Below the pieces are notes generated by a model. That model saw nothing but the letters and a program-made list of their open reading frames with translations, was not told the origin of the DNA and searched no databases. The translations under genes were made by a program, and so were the position numbers. DNA of 24,614 nt from a virus (Duplodnaviria; Caudoviricetes): the IMG/VR virus record IMGVR_UViG_3300020044_002024, positions 1 to 24,614 of that record, one strand, 5' to 3'. Below are positions 23,276 to 24,614 of the stretch, one piece after another. How positions within the stretch are numbered: position 1 is the first letter of the stretch; every line of letters begins with the position of its first letter.

Positions 23276-24614
23276 ATGAACCAAAAAAAGAAGCTAGTCG
23301 CAGGCTTGATTTGCGGCAACGAAGAGCCGCGCATCGAGCGATGCGTGCAATCACTCAAGCAAATCTGCGACGAGATCGTTATCGTTCGCGCGATCGGAGC
23401 ACTCAAGCCAGACCGCACGCTCGACATCGCAAAAGAACTCGGTTGCCACGTTGACGAATATCGCAACTCTCCGCTAGTCGCAGACTGGGAACATCTCGAC
23501 AACTTCGGAGAAGCCAGGAACAAAGCATTTGCGAAGGCATACGAACTTGCCGGCAAAGACGGCTGGGTAATGTGGGCAGATTGTGATGACATTATTGAAC
23601 CGCACATGGTCGCGCCAACATTGGCCGCACTTGAAGAATGCCCGCCAGAACAAGATTGGATTCTCACCGATTATGTAATTCCCGAACAAGGCAAACGCGC
23701 ACCGAGGGAGCGTTTTTTCCGTTATCACACGGCATGGTGGCATCGTCCGGTGCATGAGAACGCGCAACCTACAAAAGACGTGCAAGTCTGTATGCGCCGT
23801 GATCTTGAAATCATACACCAACCGCCGCTAGGTCATCGCAACAGCAGCGAGCGCAACCGCAGGATTCTCATGCACCAAGACCGCATGACTTCTCACTTCA
23901 AATTTTACTTGCACTACGAGAATTTCATTGCCGGTAACAAGGAACTCGCGGCCAAATACGGATCGGAGGCATTGGCGTTGAGCGATCTCGACGGCGTCAA
24001 CCGCTACGAAATTCTTTTAAATTGCGCGAACATTACGAGCGGGGAAACATCGCTCAACCTAGCACGCAAGGCCAAGGCACTTGAGCCGAAACGCCGCGAA
24101 GCCTACGGACTTGAGGCCAGCATTCTGCTTGATGACAAAAAATACCCAGAAGCGTTAAAAGTCGTGGAAGAAATGCTCGAAGTGCCGACGCCTAAGTTCC
24201 CACAATGGACGCACCGCAAGGAGTGGTATGGATGGAAGGGCGATCAACTCTACGCTTGGACGCTCCGACTGCTCGGACGCAACGAAGACGCCGAAGAGAT
24301 CGAGCGCGAGACGTTGGCTGGATCAAACAAGCCTAAAATCTCGCTAGTCCATGCAACGCGAGGAAGGCCCGTGGAGGCCGTTCAATGCATGACGCTATGG
24401 TTATCCCGCGCAACGCACCCAGAACGCGTAGAGCATATATTTGCAGTCGATCACGACGACGCCACGGCAGACGTTCTGAAACGCTTTCGATCCGTGACGC
24501 AAAAAGAGGGTGGTTTTTCCGTCGGAGCTTGGAATCTCGGAGCCGCGCAAGCGACTGGTGATATTATAATTCAACTCTCGGACGATTGGGAATGCCCTCC
24601 TGGGTGGGACGAGA
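23276..24614 (+). CDS. Glycosyltransferase GT2-TPR-GT2, 3'-partial
   Basis: ATG at 23276, frame open to the window end, same motifs as the left copy. Confidence 0.85.
   Translation, partial: MNQKKKLVAGLICGNEEPRIERCVQSLKQICDEIVIVRAIGALKPDRTLDIAKELGCHVDEYRNSPLVADWEHLDNFGEARNKAFAKAYELAGKDGWVMWADCDDIIEPHMVAPTLAALEECPPEQDWILTDYVIPEQGKRAPRERFFRYHTAWWHRPVHENAQPTKDVQVCMRRDLEIIHQPPLGHRNSSERNRRILMHQDRMTSHFKFYLHYENFIAGNKELAAKYGSEALALSDLDGVNRYEILLNCANITSGETSLNLARKAKALEPKRREAYGLEASILLDDKKYPEALKVVEEMLEVPTPKFPQWTHRKEWYGWKGDQLYAWTLRLLGRNEDAEEIERETLAGSNKPKISLVHATRGRPVEAVQCMTLWLSRATHPERVEHIFAVDHDDATADVLKRFRSVTQKEGGFSVGAWNLGAAQATGDIIIQLSDDWECPPGWDE

Larger units (their letters stand above)
13288..24614 (+). 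repeat. Right arm of the imperfect inverted repeat (phage packaging/head module, copy B)
   Basis: Homology to the left arm starts at ggg agg gga gac acc gcg ccg (GRGDTAP of TerS) and continues to the window end. Confidence 0.97.

Noticed and set aside
22350-23354. 334-aa antisense ORF and similar antisense ORFs across capsid, portal, terL and fibre genes
   Set aside because: They lie opposite well-supported genes, are not preserved at equal length in the other arm, and have no recognisable motifs.
1-24614. Perfect fold-back (hairpin/MDA self-priming) artefact or terminal inverted repeats of one linear genome
   Set aside because: The arms differ by many synonymous changes and by gene-scale swaps, so they cannot be copies of one template.

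Overview
The window is entirely tailed-phage (lambda-like packaging/head) DNA arranged as an imperfect ~11.3 kb inverted repeat around a ~1.9 kb unique centre. The left arm (1-~11346, minus strand) and right arm (~13288-24614, plus strand) each read outward: small terminase, 69-aa ORF, GpA-type large terminase, an AT-rich moron, gpW-like protein, lambda-type portal, a four-gene fibre-like cluster, prohead protease/scaffold, decoration protein, major capsid, and a GT2-TPR-GT2 glycosyltransferase that runs off both window ends. The arms are diverged relatives, not copies: differences are mostly synonymous, with swapped portal C-termini, different fibre repeat regions and different mini-ORF insertions. 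The centre holds a ParB-fusion gene, a TAGT-like glycosyltransferase and the only complete 5' half of terS. The right-arm terS is cut mid-gene at ~13288. The simplest explanation is a chimeric join of two related phage genomes, though the geometry would also allow an inversion switch. The most distinctive sequence signal is a conserved TTGACA-N13-18-ATG motif at four start sites per arm, including an internal scaffold start. All family assignments come from motif recognition by eye, with no database searches.
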